NCBI GenBank assembly: GCA_046484975.1
Contig: JAWOHX010000103.1
Span: 1 to 62,385 of the forward strand
Source of the DNA: Clostridia bacterium
GTDB taxonomy: Bacteria; Bacillota; Clostridia; DUPQ01
Direction of reading: 5' to 3'
Length of the DNA: 62,385 bases
The notes beneath the pieces were generated by a model that saw only the letters and a program-made list of their open reading frames with translations, made no database searches and was not told the origin of the DNA. Positions 1 through 7,943 of the stretch are shown piece after piece (the stretch's first letter is position 1; every line of letters begins with the position of its first letter). The position numbers and the translations under genes were made by a program.

Positions 1-270
1 GAACAGGAAGACGATGATCAGCATGCCGTCCTGAAAGCCGCGGATCGGCGCCAGCAGCAGCGCTTCCGGGCCGGCCGGCTGCCGGGGGACATGGTGGAAC
101 GAGCCCGGGACCGTGACCAGGCGGGCGCTGCCGCCCACCTCGGTCTTGACGCGCTGGAACTCGCCGGCCGGGACGATCCAGGTAAGGACGACCATCAGGA
201 CGACCAGGGCGTAGATAAGGACGATCGGATGCGGCAGGGAGAAGCGGGGTCTTTTCGTCGGTTCAGGCAT
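1..270 (-). CDS. YfcC-family (C4-dicarboxylate anaerobic carrier-like) membrane protein, N-terminal part; the gene runs off the left edge
   Basis: The reverse complement of 1-270 starts at an ATG (268-270) and reads MPEPTKRPRFSLPHPIVLIYALVVLMVVLTWIVPAGEFQRV...APIRGFQDGMLIIVFLF. The pattern (TM helix, then TWxxPxGxF) is typical of YfcC N-termini. Third codon positions are almost all G/C, unlike the rest of the window. This ORF is not in the supplied track because it has no stop inside the window. Confidence 0.55.
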   Translation of the reverse strand, partial: MPEPTKRPRFSLPHPIVLIYALVVLMVVLTWIVPAGEFQRVKTEVGGSARLVTVPGSFHHVPRQPAGPEALLLAPIRGFQDGMLIIVFLF

Positions 271-335
271 TTCGGGATTATAAGGAATTGGGAAATGAAT
301 ATCAACGGTCTATCGTGACGCGTAACGCGTGACGT

Positions 336-782
336 ATGACAAGTCGCACGCTTCGCGTGCCCATCGTCGCCAATCACAGTGTCAATCATCCAAGCCTCCC
401 GGGAAAAAACGACTTGGAGGTCATCGAGGAAATTCTCGGGCTGGAAAGGCGGTATTATGAGGCCTTTGGCAGGAACATGAAATATTTCAGGGCGCCAATG
501 GGAGAATACAGCGAACGGGTCCTAGCCATCACCTGGGATTTGGGGTATCATTCCGTGTTCTGGAGCTTCGCCTACCGGGACTGGGAGACAGACAACCAAA
601 AGGGCGCGGACCATGCATACAATGAGATCATGCCCTACCTGCACAACGGTTGTGTGCTCCTGCTTCATGCGGTCTCGCAGGACAACGCCCTGGCCCTTGA
701 CAGAGTCATCCGGGATGCCAAGGCACAGGGATATGTGTTCAAGACACTGGATGATCTTGTGGAATCCGTTTACCGGCCATGA
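336..782 (+). pseudogene. 5'-truncated polysaccharide deacetylase (PdaA / delta-lactam-biosynthetic de-N-acetylase-like), C-terminal part only
   Basis: From about 363 the translation IVANHSVNHPSLP...YFRAPMGEYSERVL...GYHSVFWSFAYRDWETDNQKG...LLLHAVSQDNALALD...GYVFKTLDDL matches the C-terminal part of PdaA-type NodB-fold deacetylases. The N-terminal region of roughly 110 aa that carries the metal/Asp motifs is absent. Confidence 0.6.
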
Positions 783-880
783 GAAAAACCCGGCGCAGGG
801 TGGATTTGTCCTTTCTCCCGATTGCCAAAGCTGTGGATATCCGATATGATAGAAGCAAATAAGCAATGAGGTAACCAAGC

Positions 881-1756
881 ATGTCCTTGCCCGTCGATAT
901 TTTGAAGAAAATAAACGATTCCATGGATTCCTTCAGCAAAAGCCAGAAAAAGATAGCAGAATACATCCTCAGCAACTTCGACAAAGCGCCTTTCATCACC
1001 GCGGCGAAGCTGGCGGGGGAAGTGGAAACCAGTGAATCCACCGTGGTCCGGTTCGCCCTGGACCTGGGGTTCGAGGGGTTCCCGGAAATGTCCAGGGCAA
1101 TGCAGGAGCAGGCCAGGAACAGCCTCACGGCCACACAGAGGCTCCGGTCCTCCAATGAAACCATCGACCGGAAGGATGTGCTCAAAAGCGTCCTGAAGGC
1201 GGACATGGCCCGAATCCGCGACACCTTGGACAACATAGACAAAGAAACTTTCAACCAGACCATCGAACGCCTCATATCCGCAAAGAAAATATACATCCTG
1301 GGAGTGAGGAGTTCTGCCGCCCTGGCCATCCACATGGCATTCTACCTGAATTTCATCTTTGACGACGTCCATCTGGTCCAGACCATCAGTTTCGGTGAGA
1401 TTTTCGAACAGATCCTGAATGTGGGGAAAGAGGATGTGGTGATTGGCATCAGTTTCCCCAGGTATTCAACCCGGACCGCCAAGGCCATGGAATATTCGGG
1501 GAAAAAGGGCGCTTATGTTGTGGCCGTCACGGACAGCGTGAATTCCCCCGTCGCCAAATGGGCCAACAGCACCTTGATTGCCAAAAGCGACATGACATCT
1601 TTCATCGATTCACTGACTGCACCGCTGAGCCTGATCAATGCATTGATGGTGGCATGCGGACTGAAAAGGGAGGTCCAGGTGACAAAGACACTCACGGCGC
1701 TGGAAAAAATCTGGGATGAATACCAGGTTTACGAGAAAGATAAAAAAGAGCAGTGA
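881..1756 (+). CDS. MurR/RpiR-family transcriptional regulator (HTH_6 + SIS domain)
   Basis: The N-terminus SQKKIAEYILSNFDKAPFITAAKLAGEVETSESTVVRFALDLGFEGF is the RpiR HTH. The C-terminal half has a SIS-like pattern (KKIYILGVRSSAALA). Confidence 0.85.
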   Translation: MSLPVDILKKINDSMDSFSKSQKKIAEYILSNFDKAPFITAAKLAGEVETSESTVVRFALDLGFEGFPEMSRAMQEQARNSLTATQRLRSSNETIDRKDVLKSVLKADMARIRDTLDNIDKETFNQTIERLISAKKIYILGVRSSAALAIHMAFYLNFIFDDVHLVQTISFGEIFEQILNVGKEDVVIGISFPRYSTRTAKAMEYSGKKGAYVVAVTDSVNSPVAKWANSTLIAKSDMTSFIDSLTAPLSLINALMVACGLKREVQVTKTLTALEKIWDEYQVYEKDKKEQ

Positions 1757-3012
1757 CAAAAAATCAATCCGACAGGGAGACGGACGTCCTCATCATCGGT
1801 GCAGGGGCTTCGGGACTCATGGCCGCTGCGGCTGTTGCCCGGGAAGGGAAAAAATGCCTGGTGGTGGACCGGATGCCCCGTGCGGGATCGAAGATCCTGG
1901 TCACGGGAAAAGGACGATGCAACATCACCAACCATTGCGAAATCGAGACAGTGATCAGGAACACGCCCGGCAACGGAAGCTTCCTGTATTCCGCGTTGCA
2001 CGGGTTTTCTCCTTCTGACATCATGGAATATTTCGAAAGCAGGTCCGTCCCCCTGAAAACCGAACGGGGAGGAAGGGTCTTCCCGGTTTCCGACAAAGCA
2101 TCGGATGTCCGGGATGCCTTGCTGGTTGATGCCCTGGCACAGGGTGTGTCATTTGCATACAACACGAGGATATGCGGGCTCCTGGAGAAGGACGGCGTAA
2201 TCATGGGCGCATTTTCAAGGGACAGGGAATTCCCAGCGAAAAAGGTGATCCTGGCATGCGGTGGCGCATCATATCCCCAGACCGGAAGCGACGGGTCCGG
2301 ATACGGGCTCGCCAAGCACTGTGGGCATACGGTCATCCCGCCCAGGGGTGCCCTCACCGGGCTGGAGACCCGTGAGAAATGGCCTTACGGCCTGTCCGGA
2401 CTCACGCTGAAAAACATCAGGTTCTCCCTTCACGAAAAGGACAAGACATTGTTCACCGAGGCCGGGGAACTGCTGTTCACCCATTTTGGAATCTCAGGCC
2501 CCGTGGTGTTGACGGCCAGCCGGTTCCTGCCTGGTTTTGGAAAGGGAGTGGTACGGGGACGCATTGATATGAAGCCCGCCCTGGACTTTGAAAAGCTGGA
2601 TGCAAGGGTCCGGCGGGACTTTCTGGAATATGACATGAAACAATTCAAGAATTCCCTGGACATGCTGCTGCCCAAGGTCATGATTCCTGTGGCAGTCAAT
2701 CTGTCTGGGATCCACCCGGAGAAGCAGGTGAACCAGATCACCAAAGAGGAGAGGCAAGGATTGGTCAGGCTCATGAAATCCCTGGAGCTTGAGATCATGG
2801 GCCCAAGGCCCATCGGGGAGGCCATTGTGACAACCGGCGGGATATCGGTCACGGAAGTACACCCCGGGTCAATGGAATCAAAGCTGGTCAAGGGACTGTA
2901 TTTTTGCGGGGAGATCCTGGATGTGGATGCGTTGACCGGAGGATTCAACCTGACCATCGCCTTTTCAACGGGGCACCTGGCAGGGAAAAAGGCAGCGGAG
3001 GCACTGGAATGA
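1753..3012 (+). CDS. HI0933/YhiN (BaiN-like) family NAD(P)/FAD-dependent flavoprotein
   Basis: It carries the dinucleotide motif DVLIIGAGASGLMAA and the family signature GSKILVTGKGRCNITN. The GTG start overlaps the upstream stop (GTGA). Confidence 0.8.
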   Translation: MTKNQSDRETDVLIIGAGASGLMAAAAVAREGKKCLVVDRMPRAGSKILVTGKGRCNITNHCEIETVIRNTPGNGSFLYSALHGFSPSDIMEYFESRSVPLKTERGGRVFPVSDKASDVRDALLVDALAQGVSFAYNTRICGLLEKDGVIMGAFSRDREFPAKKVILACGGASYPQTGSDGSGYGLAKHCGHTVIPPRGALTGLETREKWPYGLSGLTLKNIRFSLHEKDKTLFTEAGELLFTHFGISGPVVLTASRFLPGFGKGVVRGRIDMKPALDFEKLDARVRRDFLEYDMKQFKNSLDMLLPKVMIPVAVNLSGIHPEKQVNQITKEERQGLVRLMKSLELEIMGPRPIGEAIVTTGGISVTEVHPGSMESKLVKGLYFCGEILDVDALTGGFNLTIAFSTGHLAGKKAAEALE

Positions 3013-3836
3013 TCTATATCTCCGACCTGGACGGGACCTTGCTGGATTCACATGGAAATGTGAGCGGTTTCACCCGGGAAACCATCAGGGGACTGGTCCG
3101 GTCCGGCATCAAATTCACCGTGGCTTCCGCCCGGTCCTGGCATTCGGCGAATCACATCATGGAGGAACTGGGCCTGGTCCTGCCTGTCATACTGAGAAAC
3201 GGCGCTGTCATCTATGATCCCGCCGGGAAAAAAATCCTGAGGAACAGATTTCTGGGTTACCGGGCCGGCATGGGTATCATCCACCGGATGACTGCCCTCG
3301 GGCTCAATCCAATCGTTCACAGCGCCAGCGGGGACATAGAGCATGTGGACTACGTACACATCACGAACCCGGGGGAAGAGACATACATCTCCAGCAGGTT
3401 GCGGCACGGGGACAGGCGGATCAGGAAAATGGACGGCTTCTCTTATCCTAAAAATACCCGTTTTATGGCACTGTGCGCCATCGACGGTCACGAAAAGCAA
3501 CGGAAAGCTTTCGAAGCCATTGGCCACGGGGCGGGCAGGGAGGCATCGGTGCATCTTTATCCCGACAACTACAGCCCGTATACCTGGCTGGAATGCAACC
3601 ATGCCGGGGCGACCAAGGAGCTGGGGGCCAGGGACATTCTGGAATTGACCGGGGAAACGGAATACATCGCATTCGGGGACAATGAAAACGACCTTGGGAT
3701 GCTGTCCCTGGCCAGGTCTGCCTATGTCACGGCGGAGTCCTTCCTGGATGCAAAAGGTCATGATTTCCTGACCATTCCCTCCTGTGACGAGGACGGGGTG
3801 GCGAGGAAGCTGCTGGAACTCAACCCGGTGTTGTAA
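3009..3836 (+). CDS. Cof-type HAD-IIB family hydrolase (sugar-phosphatase-like)
   Basis: It begins MIYISDLDGTLL (HAD motif I) and has GDNENDLGML (motif IV). The internal ATG at 3009 overlaps the upstream stop as ATGA; the track ORF starting at 2904 is an upstream over-extension. Confidence 0.8.
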   Translation: MIYISDLDGTLLDSHGNVSGFTRETIRGLVRSGIKFTVASARSWHSANHIMEELGLVLPVILRNGAVIYDPAGKKILRNRFLGYRAGMGIIHRMTALGLNPIVHSASGDIEHVDYVHITNPGEETYISSRLRHGDRRIRKMDGFSYPKNTRFMALCAIDGHEKQRKAFEAIGHGAGREASVHLYPDNYSPYTWLECNHAGATKELGARDILELTGETEYIAFGDNENDLGMLSLARSAYVTAESFLDAKGHDFLTIPSCDEDGVARKLLELNPVL

Positions 3837-3875
3837 ACGGGTCTGATTTTATATATAATATTAAAAAAGAATGAG

Positions 3876-4301
3876 GTGAATGCTCTGACCGGTTTGATAG
3901 GAAGCAAGGAAGTCGCGAGGGCTGCCATCGAGATATCCCTCACCTCCACCAGGGTGGAGGAAAAGAAGGTCCAGGAGCGGCTGATGGCCAGCGGGATATT
4001 GTCCGTCGCCGTGGATTTCGGGGGTGAATACGTCTCTTCCGTGATGAAGGTGGTGGAACGCGCCGTTGTGGGCTCCAAAAGGGAGAATGTCATCGTTGGG
4101 ACCCATCTGGAGGAAGGCGCTGTCGCCGGGGCGACCCGGGATGCCCTCGGGCAGATCATGCCCAAGGCCCTTGGCTGCAATTTCGGAGGAAAAATCGGGA
4201 TTGCGCGTTACGAGGACCATGTGAGTGTCTCTGTATTTGCGGGAATCGGCCTCCTCCACCTCAATGAGGTGGCCATCGGCCTGGGACACCGGGTGTTGTA
4301 G
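3876..4301 (+). CDS. HutP-family protein (RNA-binding antiterminator-like)
   Basis: The size is 141 aa. The C-terminal ...HVSVSVFAGIGLLHLNEVAIGLGHRVL resembles the HutP C-terminus (..IAVSLYGTIGAP..GLEHETFGVGINHI). It has a GTG start and a weak RBS. Confidence 0.5.
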   Translation: MNALTGLIGSKEVARAAIEISLTSTRVEEKKVQERLMASGILSVAVDFGGEYVSSVMKVVERAVVGSKRENVIVGTHLEEGAVAGATRDALGQIMPKALGCNFGGKIGIARYEDHVSVSVFAGIGLLHLNEVAIGLGHRVL

Positions 4302-4309
4302 GAGGAAGC

Positions 4310-4972
4310 ATGACTTTTTCAATTGCCATCGATGGTCCCGCGGGTTCGGGGAAAAGCACCATGGCCAAGCTGCTGTCCCAGAAGCTGGGGGCGGTTTACC
4401 TGGATACCGGTGCAATGTACAGGACAGTGGCCCTGAAAGTCATCGCCTCGGGAAAATCCACCCGGATGGAGCAGGATGTCAACGAAATCCTGGAACACAT
4501 CAATATGAAAGTGGAGATTGTGGAGGGAGAACAACGAAACATCCTGGACGGGGTGATTGTCAACGAAGCCATACGCTCCCCGGAAGTCTCCATGGGGGCT
4601 TCGGACGTGGGAGCTTTCGGAAAGGTGCGGGAGAAAATGGTTGGGTTACAGAGGGAACTGTCCTCCGAGTACAGCATCGTCATGGAAGGCAGGGACATCG
4701 GCACCTATGTCCTGCCCCATGCGGATTATAAATTCTTCCTCACGGCATCTGTTGATGAGAGGGCCCGCAGGAGACAGCTTCAGCTTGAAAAAGAAGGAAG
4801 CAAAGCCATACTGGAGGACATCAGGAAGGATATGGAGCACAGGGACCGGAACGACTCGCAAAGAAGCATCGCCCCGCTGAAAATGGCGGAGGATGCCATT
4901 CATATTGACACAACACTGCTGAGCATTGAGCAGGTGGTGGAAGAAATGATGAGGGTGATCCATGGAGAATAA
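4310..4972 (+). CDS. cmk: Cytidylate kinase
   Basis: IAIDGPAGSGKSTMAKLLSQKLGAVYLDTGAMYR is a P-loop plus the Cmk signature. An AGGAGG RBS lies upstream. Confidence 0.95.
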   Translation: MTFSIAIDGPAGSGKSTMAKLLSQKLGAVYLDTGAMYRTVALKVIASGKSTRMEQDVNEILEHINMKVEIVEGEQRNILDGVIVNEAIRSPEVSMGASDVGAFGKVREKMVGLQRELSSEYSIVMEGRDIGTYVLPHADYKFFLTASVDERARRRQLQLEKEGSKAILEDIRKDMEHRDRNDSQRSIAPLKMAEDAIHIDTTLLSIEQVVEEMMRVIHGE

Positions 4973-5561
4973 ATGCTTGCGGATATTCACAAGGGCAGCC
5001 TTGCGGCTGATCATGAACCTGATGTTCAGGATCCGTTTCAAGGGAGCAAAGGATTTCCCGAAGGAGGGAGGGCTCATTGTCTGCGCCAACCACACCAGCC
5101 TCTTTGACATCCCCATCCTTGCTTTCATCAGCAAGAGATGGATTCATTACATGGCCAAGAAAGAGCTGTTTGAGAAATGGTTCGGCAGGAAGTTCGTCAC
5201 CGCCATGGGCGGGTTCCCAGTGGACCGGGGAAGAGGCGACATTGGCAGCATCAAGACAGCCTTGAGGCTTTTAAAGAGCGGGAAAATCCTGGGGCTCTTC
5301 CCCCAGGGGACAAGGGAGAAGAAGGGGGAGAGGCTTCCCGCCAGGAAAGGCGCCGCCATGCTTGCGGCCCTCTCCGGCTCGCCCATCGTCCCGGTGCTGA
5401 TTGAAGGGGAGTACAGGCTGTTTGGCAGGGTCACCGTCACTGTGGGCAAGCCCTATGACCTGGGGCTTCAGAAAGGCGGGAAATATCCGGCTGAGGTCAT
5501 CGAGCAGAAAAGCATGGAGATCATGGACCGGATCTATGCACTGAGAGGTGTGTACGCTTGA
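4962..5561 (+). CDS. plsC: 1-acyl-sn-glycerol-3-phosphate acyltransferase
   Basis: It has the HX4D motif (CANHTSLFD) and a FPQGTRE block. It overlaps the cmk 3' end by 11 nt. Confidence 0.85.
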   Translation: MENKCLRIFTRAALRLIMNLMFRIRFKGAKDFPKEGGLIVCANHTSLFDIPILAFISKRWIHYMAKKELFEKWFGRKFVTAMGGFPVDRGRGDIGSIKTALRLLKSGKILGLFPQGTREKKGERLPARKGAAMLAALSGSPIVPVLIEGEYRLFGRVTVTVGKPYDLGLQKGGKYPAEVIEQKSMEIMDRIYALRGVYA

Positions 5562-7657
5562 GGATTGTGATGGCGAAGAATGCCGGTTTTTGCATCGGGG
5601 TCCAAAAAGCCATGGAAAAAGCGGAGGAGATGCTGCGGGAGGAAGGCGCAAAATACAGCCTGGGGGAACTCATACACAACCCGCGGGTCACAGAGGCTTT
5701 CCGGGACCGGGGACTTCTGGTCGCAGAGGACATCAGGGATGTCCCGGATAAAAGCCTTCTCATCATCCGGGCCCACGGGGAAGGGCCTGATGCTGCCCGC
5801 ATGGCCAGGGAGAAGCAATTGAGAGTGTATGATGCCACCTGCTCATATGTGCACAATATCCAGAAACTCATCGCCGAGAAATTCAAACAGGGCTACCGAA
5901 TCATTCTTTTCGGCTACAAAACCCACCCTGAGGTCATCGGAATCAACGGATACTGTGAAAACAAGGCCGTTGTGATCGGAAATGTCTCCGAGGCCATGGC
6001 ATTCGTTCCTGACGGGCAGGATGTCTGCCTCATCGCCCAGACCACCATGGTGCAGGAGGAATATGACCTTATCCATGAAATATTGAAAAAAAGAATTGCA
6101 AACCTAGTTAAATTTGATACAATATGTACAGCGACCCGGAAAAGGCAGTCAGAAGCCGCTGAAATGGCCAAAACAGCGGATGTCATGCTGGTGGTGGGAG
6201 GCAAAAACAGTTCCAATACATGCAGGTTGTTTGAGATCTGCAGGGAGCATTGCAAGAACACATTCCTGATCGAAAACACCGGCGACTTGTCGCCGATAGA
6301 AATAAAGGATAATATGACAGTATGCATCACAGCAGGGGCCAGTACCCCGGACTGGGTTGTCAAGGAGGTAAAGGAAGCAATGGAAGAAAAAGAAAAACAA
6401 GGTGAGGTTTTTAATTTTGAGCAGGCATTAGAAGCATCCCTTGTTCCAGTGAAGAACGGAGATGTTGTCAAAGGCAGGATCATCAGCCTGAACAACAACG
6501 AAGTCTATGTGGACCTGGGTTTCAAGATCGACGGGACCATTCCGATCGAGGAGTTCGAGAAGGACAGTGAAGGAAACCCCATGGTCAAGGTCGGAGAATC
6601 CATCGAAGCCCTTGTGGTGAAAGTGAAAGAGAGCGAAGGGGTTGTCACCCTCTCTAAAAAGAGGGTGGATGACAGGAAGAAATTCGAGAAGATAGATGAA
6701 TTGTTCGAAACAGGGGAAGCTGCGAAAGTAACGGTCAAGGAAGCCGTTTCCGGCGGCCTTATCGTGGACGTCTACGGGATGGACGGGTTCATACCTGCAT
6801 CCCAGCTCAGCGACAGGTACGTGAGGAACCTGGACAAGTACGTGGGCAGGAAGATAAAGGCAAGGATCATCGAGAACAACCGCAAGAAAAGAAAACTCAT
6901 CCTGTCCCGCCGGGTCCTGATTGAAGAGGAAAACGAAAAACTGGAAAGGGAAGTCTGGAGCAACCTCGAGATCGGAAAGACGATTCCCGGGAAGGTGAAA
7001 AGCTTCACCAGCTTCGGCGCATTCGTGGATGTGGGTGGCATGGACGGACTGATCCATATCACGGAATTGTCCTGGAACAGGATCAAGCACCCCAGCGATG
7101 TGCTGGAGATCGGACAGGAGATCGAGGTCATCGTCAAGGACTTCAGCAAAGCGGACAAGAGGATATCCCTGGGATACAAGAAAGCAGAGGATGATGTCTG
7201 GTACAAGGCCGACGAGAAATACGCATCGGGCACGGTGGTGAAAGGGACGGTCGTCAGAATCCTGCCCTTTGGCGCCTTCGTCCAGATAGAGCCCGGTTTG
7301 GATGCCCTTGTCCATATCTCGCAGATTTCAACCAGGAGAATCAACACCCCGTCGGAAGTCCTTTCTGAAGGCATGGAGATTGAAATGGCCATCATCGACG
7401 TGGATATGGAAGCAAGGAAGATCAATGCCAGCATCAAGGCCGTCAAGCCCTACGACCCGGAATTCGTTGAGGAGCCCCCCGTTGAAATCAAAAGGCCCGC
7501 CAGAGCGCCTGAAGGGGAGAGAAAACCTTCCAGGCCGAAGGAGAAAAGGGAGCCGGAAAGACTTCCCGGCAGTTACTCCGAGAATTTCAGCAACACCATC
7601 GGCGACATACTCGGCAAGATCGACATCAAGGAGAAACCGGAGGAAGACAAAGAATAG
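5558..7657 (+). CDS. ispH: Bifunctional 4-hydroxy-3-methylbut-2-enyl diphosphate reductase (IspH/LytB) fused to 30S ribosomal protein S1
   Basis: The N-terminal region of about 280 aa (AKNAGFCIGV, IRAHGE, DATCSYV, VVGGKNSSNT) is IspH. It is followed without a stop by four S1 repeats (GDVVKGRI.., VSGGLIVDV.., GKVKSFTSFGAFVDVGG.., GTVVRILPFGAFVQI..) and a K/E/P-rich tail. Confidence 0.9.
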   Translation: MRIVMAKNAGFCIGVQKAMEKAEEMLREEGAKYSLGELIHNPRVTEAFRDRGLLVAEDIRDVPDKSLLIIRAHGEGPDAARMAREKQLRVYDATCSYVHNIQKLIAEKFKQGYRIILFGYKTHPEVIGINGYCENKAVVIGNVSEAMAFVPDGQDVCLIAQTTMVQEEYDLIHEILKKRIANLVKFDTICTATRKRQSEAAEMAKTADVMLVVGGKNSSNTCRLFEICREHCKNTFLIENTGDLSPIEIKDNMTVCITAGASTPDWVVKEVKEAMEEKEKQGEVFNFEQALEASLVPVKNGDVVKGRIISLNNNEVYVDLGFKIDGTIPIEEFEKDSEGNPMVKVGESIEALVVKVKESEGVVTLSKKRVDDRKKFEKIDELFETGEAAKVTVKEAVSGGLIVDVYGMDGFIPASQLSDRYVRNLDKYVGRKIKARIIENNRKKRKLILSRRVLIEEENEKLEREVWSNLEIGKTIPGKVKSFTSFGAFVDVGGMDGLIHITELSWNRIKHPSDVLEIGQEIEVIVKDFSKADKRISLGYKKAEDDVWYKADEKYASGTVVKGTVVRILPFGAFVQIEPGLDALVHISQISTRRINTPSEVLSEGMEIEMAIIDVDMEARKINASIKAVKPYDPEFVEEPPVEIKRPARAPEGERKPSRPKEKREPERLPGSYSENFSNTIGDILGKIDIKEKPEEDKE

Positions 7658-7668
7658 AGTGGACCGAT

Positions 7669-7700
7669 GAATGCAAAAGAACCCTTTTGCATTCTTCTTA
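7669..7700 (+). terminator. Rho-independent terminator after ispH-rpsA
   Basis: A perfect 11-bp stem pairs GAATGCAAAAG (7669-7679) with CTTTTGCATTC (7684-7694) around the loop AACC, followed by TTCTT. Confidence 0.75.
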
Positions 7701-7712
7701 TAGGAGAAAGAT

Positions 7713-7943
7713 ATGATCACAATAAATGACATGAACAAAGAACAACTCCTGGAGTTGCTCGAGGCCAAAGACAATGAGATCGCCAGGCTGAAAGAGGAAG
7801 TCTCGATACTGGATGAAATCGCAAGGCAACTCTTCGGGAAGTTGAATCCGGCGGATGGAGAAGGTGAACATGAAGGCTGCTGTGCTGACAGGCATAAAGG
7901 AAATGGAGATCCGGGATGTTCCTGTTCCTGTGGCAAAGGATGA
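7713..7943 (+). CDS. Hypothetical small coiled-coil protein; its 3' part overlaps the next gene out of frame
   Basis: There is a good RBS (AGGAGAAAG, 4 nt before the ATG). The first ~47 aa, MITINDMNKEQLLELLEAKDNEIARLKEEVSILDEIARQLFGKL, are heptad-like. The tail (GCCADRHKGNGDPGCSCSCGKG) lies inside the dehydrogenase CDS in another frame. Confidence 0.3.
   Translation: MITINDMNKEQLLELLEAKDNEIARLKEEVSILDEIARQLFGKLNPADGEGEHEGCCADRHKGNGDPGCSCSCGKG

Noticed and set aside
91-389. Track ORFs 91-318 (+) and 195-389 (-) at the left edge.
   Set aside because: The 91-318 ORF is the antisense shadow of the YfcC-like N-terminus (minus strand 1-270, clear TM and family pattern). The 195-389 ORF spans the putative junction, in another reading frame over the YfcC coding end, and has no RBS or family resemblance.
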